A DNA stretch of 64,000 nucleotides from an uncultured virus (IMG/VR IMGVR_UViG_3300042288_002474) (IMGVR_UViG_3300042288_002474); one strand, 5' to 3'. Counted from the stretch's first letter, positions 37,723-47,805 are shown. Numbers and translations are program-made. Notes: a model not told the origin generated them from the letters alone.

Positions 37723-39195
37723 TCACCTATCCTGGATGTATTCAATACCGTTTGTTAAACACTCACTGGCTTTTTGTAATTCCATACCTAAATATCCTGC
37801 ATGATCTGGACACACCGAAGGGGATGCAGCACAAATTTCTTTAATCATTTTCAAAGGATTTTTCCCAGAATAGCAACCGACAATTTCACCACTTCCAGGG
37901 GTTGTATGGGTAACAACTATCTTATCATCTGCTATTTCTATTAAAAAATTACCCGCAGGATCATAATAATCTAATTTTTTACAAATTGCAGAATATTGTT
38001 CTTTAATTAGCTGTTCCGCATTACTCCAAGTATCATCATAAATATGAGCAGACTGACTCAAGGTTATTAAGGGAGCAAGTCTTAAATCATATTGAGAACG
38101 TTGACAAATCTCATTTCTAATATGTTTTTGTAAAGCCCTCAATCCCATAGCATTAGCTGGCCAAGCTGCAAACATATCGTTACTTCTCAAAACAGCAGTT
38201 AATGATAATTCATTATCAACTACTCTTAACCAAATATGATTTAAACACGGACTACCACCTTTTTCATGATCTTTAACATCCCATAAAGTCATGACCGCAC
38301 TAGCAGCATCAATTTCTCCAATTAATTTTTCAATCACCTGTTCAATTTGATCTCTTCCAAACCAAGAACGCAACCTTTGTCCATAGGTGTATTTTACCCC
38401 CTCTTGATTAATTGCATCATCTAATATTTGCGAAATATATTCTTCTAAAAAACTCCTATCTATTGGTAAATAATTAGGTTCGGGAAAATAAAAATCATCA
38501 GGTTCGTCGGTGACAACTGCCATTAAATCTATCAATTCTTGCCATTTTCCATCATAACCAGTTGGTCTAATTGTCCCCGTTGTTTTAATTCTGTGGATGA
38601 TTTTTACCCAGGTTTCAGCAATGGTTTTCCCCTCAATTCTATGTCCATATCGTGTTCCTGGAAAAACTGTTGGTTCAATTGTCGTCATGGGAAATTCTAC
38701 AGGTGTTCCCCAGGGTGCAACTATTTCTTTATTTCCATAATATTGGATTTTTTCAACAGCATCAGAAATTGATATTGCGTCTTGAATTTCTACAGAAAGC
38801 CGTAATTTCTCTAAAGCATTGATATCAATATCAATATCAATATAACCCGGAATTAAAGAACGAATTACCCAAGATTTTCGCCCAGTATCACTAATACTTG
38901 CTTCTACACCATAACGGAAAAAATCACCTAAACATTGACAAGCACCCGCGTTTTTATCTTCTTTAGTAGCGTTGAGAATAACTAAATACCGAACATGAGG
39001 ATTAAGTAACAAATTACGAATTAATAAGTTTATACCTCTAGTTGGTGAGTATAATTGTCCAATGACAGCGTATTCATTATCTTTTAAGTGCTTGCGTAGG
39101 GTTTCTTTTACTGCCCATCCCGTAATTACCGCAGTTTGTCCACTTCCGTAAATTAACTGATTGGGTTTGTGCTGTGCTGTGTACGTTTTTAGCAT
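37723..39195 (-). CDS. Thymidylate synthase with N-terminal MtrA-like and C-terminal DUF4346-like domains
   Basis: YTYGQRL, SPCL, RSNDM..WPAN, SAHIY; N-terminal GQLYS..GINLLIRNLLLNPHVRYL; C-terminal DPAGNFLI..HAGYLGMELQKA. Confidence 0.85.
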   Translation of the reverse strand: MLKTYTAQHKPNQLIYGSGQTAVITGWAVKETLRKHLKDNEYAVIGQLYSPTRGINLLIRNLLLNPHVRYLVILNATKEDKNAGACQCLGDFFRYGVEASISDTGRKSWVIRSLIPGYIDIDIDINALEKLRLSVEIQDAISISDAVEKIQYYGNKEIVAPWGTPVEFPMTTIEPTVFPGTRYGHRIEGKTIAETWVKIIHRIKTTGTIRPTGYDGKWQELIDLMAVVTDEPDDFYFPEPNYLPIDRSFLEEYISQILDDAINQEGVKYTYGQRLRSWFGRDQIEQVIEKLIGEIDAASAVMTLWDVKDHEKGGSPCLNHIWLRVVDNELSLTAVLRSNDMFAAWPANAMGLRALQKHIRNEICQRSQYDLRLAPLITLSQSAHIYDDTWSNAEQLIKEQYSAICKKLDYYDPAGNFLIEIADDKIVVTHTTPGSGEIVGCYSGKNPLKMIKEICAASPSVCPDHAGYLGMELQKASECLTNGIEYIQDR

Positions 39196-39241
39196 TTATT
39201 TAACCTAATTATTTCTTGAGCTAATTCGTGGGCATAGTTTG

Positions 39242-39499
39242 CTATTTATTTTCCACTCCCTTAAAAAATGCAGCAAAAACATTAAAAAATATAGCCACCA
39301 CTAAATCTGCCGCAAGCTTAAAGAAAACATCCCTAATATAAATCTCGCCACCTTCTACTTTTTCTAAAAACTCAACTTCTGTCATGTTATAAAGTTTTGC
39401 AGTAACAGGAACGAAATTTTTGTAATGTTCCACTAAATAACTTGTGTGTTCCTTGGTTAGTTTAGCTCTATTAAAAACCCAAATATCTAGATTTAACAT
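39242..39499 (-). CDS. Hypothetical protein
   Basis: 85 aa, overlaps the recJ stop. Confidence 0.55.
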   Translation of the reverse strand: MLNLDIWVFNRAKLTKEHTSYLVEHYKNFVPVTAKLYNMTEVEFLEKVEGGEIYIRDVFFKLAADLVVAIFFNVFAAFFKGVENK

Positions 39500-41214
39500 G
39501 ACTTAAAACTCTCCAAATTTAATTCTATTGTAATTTTACCATTCCATAAATTTTCTTTCAACTTATAGGCTATGTCAACCTCGGAAGGAAGTGGTAAATA
39601 TTTCTGAAAATCCCAACCAATAGCCTTAACACTAATCCCCGCCTGTTCAAAAGTAAATTTTACAGCACCGGGAAAATTAAGCTTATCTTGTTTTAAGACT
39701 TTAACCTTAGTGGTGTAAAAAATTGGCTCAGGATTTTTCATCCCAAACGGCTGCAAAACTTGGACTTCTTGGAAAGTGCTTAGGGAAATTTGAGTAAAGT
39801 CTAAATGGTGATCTACGAAGACTAATTTTGTACCTAACTCTTCAGATTTACTTACTAAGTTGGCGTATTTAATTAATCTTTCATGGAAGTTATTATTAAC
39901 ATCCCACCAAAGACTAAAACCACCCGCAGCTTTGTGACCGCCAAAAGTAGCTAAATATTCAGAACAATAATTTAATGCTGCGAAAACATCAAAAAACATT
40001 CCGCCTCTACACGATCCTGAGATTTTATATTCTTCAGAAACGCTTCCGACAAAAGCAGGATAACCATATTTTTCTACAACTTTGTTGGCAATCAATCCGA
40101 CGATCCCTTTATGGATTCCCTTTTCAAAGTAGTAAATAACTTTTTCCCTTTCAAACTTTTCCGGATCAGCTTCTAGCTGTAAATTTATATGATCAAAAAC
40201 AAATCTCTCCCAAGTTTTAACCAATCCTTGTCTTTCTTCATTTAAAGCTTCTATTTCGTGAGCTAATTCCATAGCCTCAACAACATTAGTTGAGGAAAGA
40301 AGGTTAATAACTTGTTGCGGTTCGCCAATCCGACCTACGCTATTAATTCTTGGAGCTAATTTAAATCCTATATCATCTGGCTTTAGTCCATCCTTACCGC
40401 CCAACTCCATCCCTGCGACCGCCATCAAAGCTTGGATGCCTAAATTTTGGGAATTAGGGATAAGTTTTAACCCACGCTTAACCCATCGGCGGTTTACTCC
40501 AGTTAAGGCAACCATATCAGCGATCGTTCCCAGCGTTAAAAGCTCTAGGCACTCTCCCATTAACTTTTCATGAAGACTAAACCTCTCCAAAACAGACATG
40601 GCCAGGATAAATGCCATCCCCACTCCCGAAACCTGCGACCACTCATTGTCCTGTGGCACAAATTTAGGGTTAAGGATGGCATCAGCTATAGGCAGTTCGC
40701 CAGTTAAACTGGGTTCGTGGTGGTCGGTAATGATTACTATTAATCCTAATTCCTTAGCCCGTTTAATAGGCTCTATTGCACTTGTACCATTGTCTACCGT
40801 AATAAGGATTTTATAGCCCTCATTATAAAATTCCTCGACTATTCTGTTATTTAATCCATAACCCTCGCCTGTTCTGGAAGGGATAGCATAAGTCGCGGTG
40901 GCATTAAGTTCCTTAAAAGTCCTAAGTAATAGGGCAGTAGAGGTCATGCCGTCTACGTCGTAGTCACCGCTTATGCCAATTTTGTAACCGGACATAATAC
41001 CAAATTGGCATAATGTGGCCGCTTTTTCCAAGTCTGTAAAAACTTCTTGAGGGTCACAGAGTTGCATTAACTCAGGATCTATAAAATCATCCCTTAAATT
41101 ACGCTTTTGGATTAATTGGTCTAAAACATCAAGGCAAGGATGGTAAAAACGAGATTGTGTATTAGGTCGGGGTGGCGTGTTTTTAATTGACCACTTATGT
41201 TTAGGTTGGGGCAT
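39493..41214 (-). CDS. recJ: Single-stranded DNA exonuclease RecJ
   Basis: GDYDVDG, EGYGL, TVDNG, TDHH, GTIADM, PRINSVGR, GGHKAAGG, PFGMKNPEP. Confidence 0.95.
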   Translation of the reverse strand: MPQPKHKWSIKNTPPRPNTQSRFYHPCLDVLDQLIQKRNLRDDFIDPELMQLCDPQEVFTDLEKAATLCQFGIMSGYKIGISGDYDVDGMTSTALLLRTFKELNATATYAIPSRTGEGYGLNNRIVEEFYNEGYKILITVDNGTSAIEPIKRAKELGLIVIITDHHEPSLTGELPIADAILNPKFVPQDNEWSQVSGVGMAFILAMSVLERFSLHEKLMGECLELLTLGTIADMVALTGVNRRWVKRGLKLIPNSQNLGIQALMAVAGMELGGKDGLKPDDIGFKLAPRINSVGRIGEPQQVINLLSSTNVVEAMELAHEIEALNEERQGLVKTWERFVFDHINLQLEADPEKFEREKVIYYFEKGIHKGIVGLIANKVVEKYGYPAFVGSVSEEYKISGSCRGGMFFDVFAALNYCSEYLATFGGHKAAGGFSLWWDVNNNFHERLIKYANLVSKSEELGTKLVFVDHHLDFTQISLSTFQEVQVLQPFGMKNPEPIFYTTKVKVLKQDKLNFPGAVKFTFEQAGISVKAIGWDFQKYLPLPSEVDIAYKLKENLWNGKITIELNLESFKSC

Positions 41215-41398
41215 GGATTTTATTTTTTAAGTAAGTTTTTGCACAAAGTTAAAATTGGGGTTTTATTTTGGGGGCGCGAGTATTCTTCCCAAACCACTTC
41301 CCAAGCTTCCTTATAGGAAACGCCGTAAGTAATGGCAATAAGCCAAAAGTAAAAAATCTTTAGCATTAGCATAAATCATAGGGTAGGATTTATTAACT

Positions 41399-41427
41399 AT
41401 TATACATTAGTTATCTACCGTCGTCAA
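41399..41427 (-). promoter_or_regulatory. Conserved phage promoter
   Basis: TTGACG-ACGGTAGA..(17 nt)-TATAAT. Confidence 0.8.
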
Positions 41428-41435
41428 GTCCTTAT

Positions 41436-41482
41436 TTTAAAATACCAATCTAAACTTTATTTTTTAGATTGGTATTTTAAAA
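41436..41482. terminator. Intrinsic terminator hairpin
   Basis: TTTTAAAATACCAATCTAAA / TTTAGATTGGTATTTTAAAA after the methyltransferase stop. Confidence 0.7.
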
Positions 41483-41485
41483 TTG

Positions 41486-43864
41486 TTAATTATTTAAACG
41501 CTGGTTAATAATCTCAATATATTCCTGTTCTCTTTCAATTAATGTGTAGTTAAATCCTAAGTTTTTAGCAGCAACTCCAGTTGTACCACTACCGCCAAAC
41601 GGATCTAAAACCATGCCATTTGGAGGAGTTATAAGTTTTATAAAATATTCCATCAGTGCTGTACTTTTAACCGTCGGGTGTGTATTTTCTACCGTGCCGT
41701 CACAGGTTCTATCTTTGGTTGATGCTTTAGCTTGGTAGTAAACGCTATTTACCGTTTCAGGGTCAAATGGTAGTTGCTTGAAATATCTTGCGGCTGTTCC
41801 TGCGTCCCCTAACCCGCCGGAATTTTGTGCTAATGATTGGTTTTTAAAATCTCCATAACAAGAACCTTGTAATCCTGTTTTAGTCTTTCCTCCCGTACTA
41901 ACACTAATCCCGCTCTGTTCACCAATAACTGACACCGGACAATCTGGGATATGGTTATCACCGTCACAACCAGCACTACAGGAAAGGACTAGGTTGGCAG
42001 GGTAGCGACTTTGCGATGACCGGATATTTCCTAGTTCGTATCTTTGATAATCAACACCGTTATTGTATTTACCAGAAAATTTACTAGGGACTGTTCCGTT
42101 TTTGCGACTCCATCCCTCAGTCCCAATCCTACACGCTTCAATATTCAACCCGCCAACGCCGTGTTTTAAAATATTCCTAGCAATACTACTCTCACTAATT
42201 GGTTTTTGAATTAACCACCAACCCTCAATGGCTGGTTTTAGTGCCGGGGTTTTCCAACCGTCCCATTGTTTTGCTTCGGGTGTATTAGGTTTTGTAACAT
42301 TTACAAATTCTTTAGCTTCCCAGCTATCATCATTCATCAAGCCTAACGCTTTTTTCCCATGCTTAACGCTCCCTATAATTTCCCTTTCAGCACCATAGAA
42401 CGCATCTATACCTTTGCTAATATCCTGTCCCTTGGGGAAGCCGCTATTACCTGTTACAAATATTTTACCATTGCGTCTTGCTATGAAGGCTGTGTCAGGT
42501 ACAGATACACACCAAACAACGCCTTCATAATGAAAGGGTGTTACGGTTGCCAAAGTGGTTTTACATCCAGATTGCCGTGTTCGTATAGCTTGTGATGACT
42601 GTTGTTCTGAAATAGCATTAAATTCTCTATCCTGTTGTCTGTAGGATCGTGGTTGATGTGATGCACAGATTCCGTTCTTAAAAGACATCTTCCCAATTGT
42701 TGAGCCATTATCAAACGATGCTCCATTACATAACCATCTTTCCTTGCCATTGCAAGATAATCCTTGGGGCATCTGACATAACGAACATTCTTGTAATTCC
42801 CTTTCTTTTTGAATATCGTTACACCGCCCTTCCATGCCGGATTGTTCTCGCCACCCATGCTGACTGCATAAGATTCCAGACTCTTTTCCGTCCAACCCGC
42901 ACGACCCAGTTTTGCAATGTTCTTGAGATGTTCCAGTGTTTTGGGATTCTTCTTTTTGTCCTTGCTTGCACACATTCGAGAACAAAACTTCTGAATTGAC
43001 TGATTTGTTTTGGGATAGAACTCCATCTGGCACTCTTGACATACACAGGTCGGTACTCTCTTCCCTGTCTTGGCTTTGGCTATTAGACTCTTTGCACAAG
43101 TCTCTGAGCAGGTTATATTTCTCATAGCCTGAAAAGCATTGTGTGTCTGAAATGGTGTGTTGCAACAGAGGCACTGTTTCCAAAAAGGGAACTGATACTT
43201 GCTGTTCAAGTGTAGTGGCTTCTCTAAATACAAACGCTCCGTTTTGTTCAATAATGCAACGATGTCCGATGGAGACAATTTGCTCTGTAGAATCTGATTC
43301 AATTCGGTATGCGGTATCCGAGTAGTCGAAACGGTAGGTTTGCGTAACACTTTGGTAAGAAAATGAATTATTTTCTATATTATAGCCTATTACTGTATCT
43401 CCTATCTCACATTGTTGGTAGTGTACCCACCCCTTATCTTTTACAAATATTTCCGTATCTTCAGATAGACACCCATTGCAATGATGCACAATATCAATCA
43501 ACCTAAACCCTGCCAACTCTAAAGCCATGCCAGTCCAGTGCGATGTTCTTGGGATACTCCAAACTAAACCACACGCTCCTGGTTTCATAACCCTTAAACT
43601 TTCTGCCATAACCTCAGACATCCAATTAATCCATTGGAGCATCCCGCCTTTATGATCATCCCAATTCTTACCCATGAAGCTAATTCCGCACGGTGGATCT
43701 GTTATTAAACTATCAAAATAATTATCAGGCAAAGTTTTTAAAACCTCCAAACAATCGCCTTGGATAATTTTATTCTTGCCAAGACCCCTTACCCTATCCA
43801 ATTCTCTTTTTAACTGGAGAATTTCTAACTCTAATTCTTCCTCTAGCTTTGTAATGTATGCCAT
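41486..43864 (-). CDS. Beta-class N4/N6 DNA methyltransferase containing an intein
   Basis: GDCLEVL, TDPPC, G|SGFPK, LKPA.E, HPTVK, VLDPFGGSGTT. Confidence 0.9.
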   Translation of the reverse strand: MAYITKLEEELELEILQLKRELDRVRGLGKNKIIQGDCLEVLKTLPDNYFDSLITDPPCGISFMGKNWDDHKGGMLQWINWMSEVMAESLRVMKPGACGLVWSIPRTSHWTGMALELAGFRLIDIVHHCNGCLSEDTEIFVKDKGWVHYQQCEIGDTVIGYNIENNSFSYQSVTQTYRFDYSDTAYRIESDSTEQIVSIGHRCIIEQNGAFVFREATTLEQQVSVPFLETVPLLQHTISDTQCFSGYEKYNLLRDLCKESNSQSQDREESTDLCMSRVPDGVLSQNKSVNSEVLFSNVCKQGQKEESQNTGTSQEHCKTGSCGLDGKESGILCSQHGWREQSGMEGRCNDIQKERELQECSLCQMPQGLSCNGKERWLCNGASFDNGSTIGKMSFKNGICASHQPRSYRQQDREFNAISEQQSSQAIRTRQSGCKTTLATVTPFHYEGVVWCVSVPDTAFIARRNGKIFVTGNSGFPKGQDISKGIDAFYGAEREIIGSVKHGKKALGLMNDDSWEAKEFVNVTKPNTPEAKQWDGWKTPALKPAIEGWWLIQKPISESSIARNILKHGVGGLNIEACRIGTEGWSRKNGTVPSKFSGKYNNGVDYQRYELGNIRSSQSRYPANLVLSCSAGCDGDNHIPDCPVSVIGEQSGISVSTGGKTKTGLQGSCYGDFKNQSLAQNSGGLGDAGTAARYFKQLPFDPETVNSVYYQAKASTKDRTCDGTVENTHPTVKSTALMEYFIKLITPPNGMVLDPFGGSGTTGVAAKNLGFNYTLIEREQEYIEIINQRLNN
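42446..43471 (-). mobile_element. Intein (342 aa) in the methyltransferase
   Basis: Starts CLSEDTE, block B SIGHR, block F VWCVSVP, ends FVTGN followed by Ser+1. Confidence 0.88.
42541..43350 (-). CDS. HNH endonuclease nested in the +1 frame of the intein (start uncertain)
   Basis: CLCC..CSETC and CQEC..CSRMC zinc motifs, GENNPAWKGG, YVMEHRL..VHHINHDPTDNRIENL. Confidence 0.85.
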   Translation of the reverse strand: MLRKPTVSTTRIPHTELNQILQSKLSPSDIVALLNKTERLYLEKPLHLNSKYQFPFWKQCLCCNTPFQTHNAFQAMRNITCSETCAKSLIAKAKTGKRVPTCVCQECQMEFYPKTNQSIQKFCSRMCASKDKKKNPKTLEHLKNIAKLGRAGWTEKSLESYAVSMGGENNPAWKGGVTIFKKKGNYKNVRYVRCPKDYLAMARKDGYVMEHRLIMAQQLGRCLLRTESVHHINHDPTDNRIENLMLFQNNSHHKLYEHGNLDVKPLWQP

Positions 43865-43890
43865 AACTTAATTTAAATATCTACACTTAA

Positions 43891-43920
43891 ATTTTACCAT
43901 ACTCTATCTACCGTTGTCAA
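43891..43920 (-). promoter_or_regulatory. Conserved phage promoter
   Basis: TTGACA-ACGGTAGA..(18 nt)-TAAAAT, extended TGn. Confidence 0.7.
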
Positions 43921-44207
43921 GTAATTAAAAATTTTACGCTGGCGGGCAAGCGTCATTAATGGTGTCAAGGTTTTTTTCTTATAATAGGGATTTTGCCTGA
44001 CGCTTCATAAAACTTTACAAACTAAAACCTAATTTCTAAGACAATTTGCCCGCCGGCGTTTTTAAAACAGGAAAACTCAAAACCCTTATTGCGCGGGCGT
44101 TTGGGCTTATTCTCCCTAAATTTATATAATCATGACTTTTGCCCCGGCTGAATTAAAGTTAAGCCGGAGTTGAGTTTAAATAACATTTATTTTTAAGTTA
44201 AGGAGGA

Positions 44208-47200
44208 TTAAGCTGCGTCGTATTCGTATTTTTCGCACCAAGCTAAATAATCTGCCACCTCTGACGCTGTGGATAATTTTAAAAGTGCTAATTCTTCATC
44301 TGTGGGTGGGTCAACTCTCTTACCATTCTCCAGACAAATCTTAGTTACTTTCTTTTCCAATGAATTTTTCTTATCCAAAGTTAGCCATCTATTTAAAATT
44401 TCCCCACCATAATTTTGGTATTTATCCAGGATTTCATAGAAGATGTGGCGTTTACCAAAGGCATCCTTGCGACCACTTCTTTTTACTGCATTTAGCTTGT
44501 AGCCAAATAACTTGTAAATCTTCCTGACTATCTCTACAGGACTTTCCATCGCTCCTATATTTAACCCAGTCAAGGCTTTTAACTCAACTAGGTTAGTCTC
44601 TTTTAAGTCACTAATCCATGCCCGTAATCCTTCATCGTTATTGTGGATAATTTTCTTCTCAAACAAAAACTCTATCCCCATGCTTTTTAATTTCTTAATC
44701 TTGGGACTAATCACGTCGTGGTTTAAGTCGGGCTTAAAGCTGCGCCCAAAGGTTAAAGCTTTATCTAAAACCCTAAAATCTCTATCCGCTAAAAACTCAT
44801 TACCCTGGTTAAACCAATAGCGTAAGCGTAAATCGTTATACATCCCATCTTTATCTAATTGAATTAATTCTTCGCTTAACCTCGTAGTATTGTACCTTGC
44901 AATAATGTTTAATTTTTCAGTTTGGTATTTATCTATTTTCCGCTCATCCTTAAGTTTCTTGACCCCTTCCCGATTTACTATTGCAATTTCTTCACCATTA
45001 AAATTTAATTTTTCGATTTTATCTTCAGCAACACTAATGTCCGCATTGAATTTTAATCCCGTGTCTTGGGAATTAAGCTCTTCCTTATTTTGCTTAACTT
45101 CATCCTTAAGTTCTTTTTTGCGATCGCCGTCTAAATCGTCCGGCTCAACTATTTCATATCCTTCATTTTTTAGCGCAGTCATAACGAAATCCCTGTATCC
45201 CTTGTTACCAGCATTACTCCTTAATGCTAGTTCACAATAGGTATCAAGGGCTGTGCAACTTCCGCCCATGTGCTTTTCTGACTCTTCATCATAGATAAAG
45301 TTACCAGAAGATTTTAACTGCTGGATAACTTCACCATACTTAAACTCTTCATGAGCCTTAATTAATTTTATGGAAGTTGATCCGCCGCTAATTTCCTGCA
45401 ATCCCCTAGTTGCAGCAAAAACGTGGCGTGGAACATCTTCTCTGACCCTTCCAAGTTGCTGAACAGCTTGTTTTGGCGTAATCATTCCCGAAAACCGACC
45501 AAAAACGGCTTTAAAATGTCCGCGAACATCAATACTGATTCCCGTCCCAACAGAAGGTGACGTTATAACAATGTCCCAATTTACTATTTCCTCATTTAGC
45601 CTATCCATAATCCCAAAAGCGGGGTGGTTAGGGTCTTGAGATGTATCACTATCAATTACTAAAACTCTTAAGTGAGGGAAGCGTTCTTTTAAAATTTTCC
45701 CTAAAGCTTGTGTTCCATAAGTGGCGCAAACGTTTTGCCCATCAGTACAAACATACGCCCCACCCTCTTTTTGAATGTGTAAAAGTAAGTTTTCAAACCA
45801 AGCTACGGGCTGTGTGTGCTTATAGTAGTAGCACAGTCTTTCACCGTCGCCTAAGAGATAAAATTCATCCGCCGTAACAATGAATGGTTCAATGTCTTGA
45901 CCACTGGCTTCTTGGATAATGCCACGTAAAAATCTTAGGGAGATATCTGTAAGGTGAGCATCTGCAACGACTATTCTTTGCCCTGAGTTAAGGCAATTTT
46001 TTAATAACTCGCCTAAATTTCTTATGACTAAGTCGCGGTTATTTTTAACAGAAGTTTTACTAAATATTAAGTGTTGGACGACCTGCTCAACTTCATCAAT
46101 AATTACGCAAGGACGTTGCCACTCATAGGGATGGAAGCGTAGTTTAGAAGCGGCATGGAGAGAGTCAATACACAAGCCTAACCCACCATTCAGGGCTTGG
46201 GTGCGGTCGTCTTCGTTCTTAATTTCAGAGAGGTAATGCACGCCTAATTTTTCAGCTAAGGCTTGACCTAACTGGACGCGGTGAGTAATAAGCAGTGGTG
46301 CGCCGCCCAGTTTTAGAGTATCTCCAACTAAATTTTTAAAGGAGTGTGTTTTACCACTTCCCATTGGAGCTTTTAATCCAATGAACTGCTCATTTTTAGG
46401 TATTTTTCTAAATAAATCTTCAGGTAAATAGTGTCTCCCCATTAACTCTGAGTAAGTTAAATCTTCTTTTGTTAAATGAAGGGATTTTTCTGGATCTAAG
46501 GATTTGGTTAGTAATTCTGTACTAATACTCTTCCATTCCATTAAGGTTGGGGCGTTATAAAATAACTTATCAAATTCCCCAACCCCTTCTTTAACGATAA
46601 AATCATCTACTCCGGTTTTTTCACCCCACAGCTTAGGCGCAGGTAACTCTATTACGCGGATGGTATTTTTCCCGTTGGCTTTTTTGATTAAATCGCCAGT
46701 CCGAGTTATGGCCACTTCTATATTGTGCTTAACGTGGGGTTTAGACTCCCCATCAAAACAGAAGTACCATTCACGGTAGTTGACCATGAATGCGTGAAAA
46801 TCTTTATGTAGTTTTCTTAGTTCCCAAATCCGAGTTTCGTGGTTACGGTATCCGCCGTAAATCCCAGCTACCGAAATGGCCGCATAACCATGCGATAAGA
46901 GCTTAAGAGCTTTTTTTGCACCCTCACAAATAATTATTGGCATATTTGTTTTGGCCACAAATTTCCAGAACTCTCTAACCACTTTATAATCTAAATTCTT
47001 AGCTATATTTAATTTGTCTTTGTCCGAGAACTTTTTAACGTAAGCTCTAAAACTCTGCTCTGATGGTGACAAGAGCATTAGCCTTGCTGCTTCACCAATT
47101 GGGGACTCATATTTAATTATTTTTTTCTTAGGGCTTAAGGCTTCGCCTAATTTTGGATTGATCAGTTCTAAATCAAACCAGATATGCTCATGGTCTTTTT

Positions 47201-47714
47201 TATCTTTTTCTGTATATTGTCTGGGAGTATCTGGCTTAAATTGCCCCCACTCAATTTCCGCACAATTAAATGTAGAACCGTTAAAAGTAACTTCTGCGCC
47301 GCTCACCCACCATCCGCCTAAGTCTAAGTTCCAATATTTATCGGCAACGTTCTTCCTTAAAGTTCCGTTGGCGTTAACGTTTTTGCCGTCGCCGTAAGTG
47401 TTTAAATAACTGTGAGCGTCGTTAAGTTCACCAGGTAAAGTTACGAGGGAGAAAATTTTATTAGCTTTAAGGACTTCTGGATGAATCCCTGATCCTTCCA
47501 CTAATTCCTTAAGGTGCGGTAATTCTAATTTTTTTAACGATTTAATTACTTTATCCGTAATTTTAGTATTAAAATCACTTGACAACGACGGTAGAGAGGT
47601 ATTATCATTATCCTTAACGGCTGTTAATTCCGCGTCGTTATTTAAACAATTAATATTTTTAGAAAATTCTACCGTTGCAGCGGTAGAATTTTTTTTGCTA
47701 AATTTACCTCTCAT
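44208..47714 (-). CDS. DUF3854 primase-helicase (cyanobacterial plasmid-type replication protein)
   Basis: QFKPDTPR, KYESP, EGAKKA, GVDD (TOPRIM-like); APMGSGKT, IIDEVEQ, SPSVGTGISID, QQLGRVR helicase motifs. Confidence 0.85.
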   Translation of the reverse strand: MRGKFSKKNSTAATVEFSKNINCLNNDAELTAVKDNDNTSLPSLSSDFNTKITDKVIKSLKKLELPHLKELVEGSGIHPEVLKANKIFSLVTLPGELNDAHSYLNTYGDGKNVNANGTLRKNVADKYWNLDLGGWWVSGAEVTFNGSTFNCAEIEWGQFKPDTPRQYTEKDKKDHEHIWFDLELINPKLGEALSPKKKIIKYESPIGEAARLMLLSPSEQSFRAYVKKFSDKDKLNIAKNLDYKVVREFWKFVAKTNMPIIICEGAKKALKLLSHGYAAISVAGIYGGYRNHETRIWELRKLHKDFHAFMVNYREWYFCFDGESKPHVKHNIEVAITRTGDLIKKANGKNTIRVIELPAPKLWGEKTGVDDFIVKEGVGEFDKLFYNAPTLMEWKSISTELLTKSLDPEKSLHLTKEDLTYSELMGRHYLPEDLFRKIPKNEQFIGLKAPMGSGKTHSFKNLVGDTLKLGGAPLLITHRVQLGQALAEKLGVHYLSEIKNEDDRTQALNGGLGLCIDSLHAASKLRFHPYEWQRPCVIIDEVEQVVQHLIFSKTSVKNNRDLVIRNLGELLKNCLNSGQRIVVADAHLTDISLRFLRGIIQEASGQDIEPFIVTADEFYLLGDGERLCYYYKHTQPVAWFENLLLHIQKEGGAYVCTDGQNVCATYGTQALGKILKERFPHLRVLVIDSDTSQDPNHPAFGIMDRLNEEIVNWDIVITSPSVGTGISIDVRGHFKAVFGRFSGMITPKQAVQQLGRVREDVPRHVFAATRGLQEISGGSTSIKLIKAHEEFKYGEVIQQLKSSGNFIYDEESEKHMGGSCTALDTYCELALRSNAGNKGYRDFVMTALKNEGYEIVEPDDLDGDRKKELKDEVKQNKEELNSQDTGLKFNADISVAEDKIEKLNFNGEEIAIVNREGVKKLKDERKIDKYQTEKLNIIARYNTTRLSEELIQLDKDGMYNDLRLRYWFNQGNEFLADRDFRVLDKALTFGRSFKPDLNHDVISPKIKKLKSMGIEFLFEKKIIHNNDEGLRAWISDLKETNLVELKALTGLNIGAMESPVEIVRKIYKLFGYKLNAVKRSGRKDAFGKRHIFYEILDKYQNYGGEILNRWLTLDKKNSLEKKVTKICLENGKRVDPPTDEELALLKLSTASEVADYLAWCEKYEYDAA

Positions 47715-47805
47715 GATTCCAGTCCTCTGATTTTAGATGTGTGTGTACCGAGTAGCGGTTTAGACTTATGCTGATTCTACTCCATTTTTTTATAAAAGGG
47801 TAGAC

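Noticed and set aside
42819..43046. Third-frame ORF inside the intein (triple coding)
   Set aside because: 75 aa, no motifs and no clear RBS; likely incidental
42446..43471. Group I intron as an explanation for the nested HNH
   Set aside because: The host frame is uninterrupted, has intein splicing blocks at both ends, and leaves no room for a ribozyme core
47578..47596. Promoter-motif-like CTTGACAACGACGGTAGAG inside rep
   Set aside because: Intragenic, antisense, irregular spacing and no clear -10 box; left out of the promoter set
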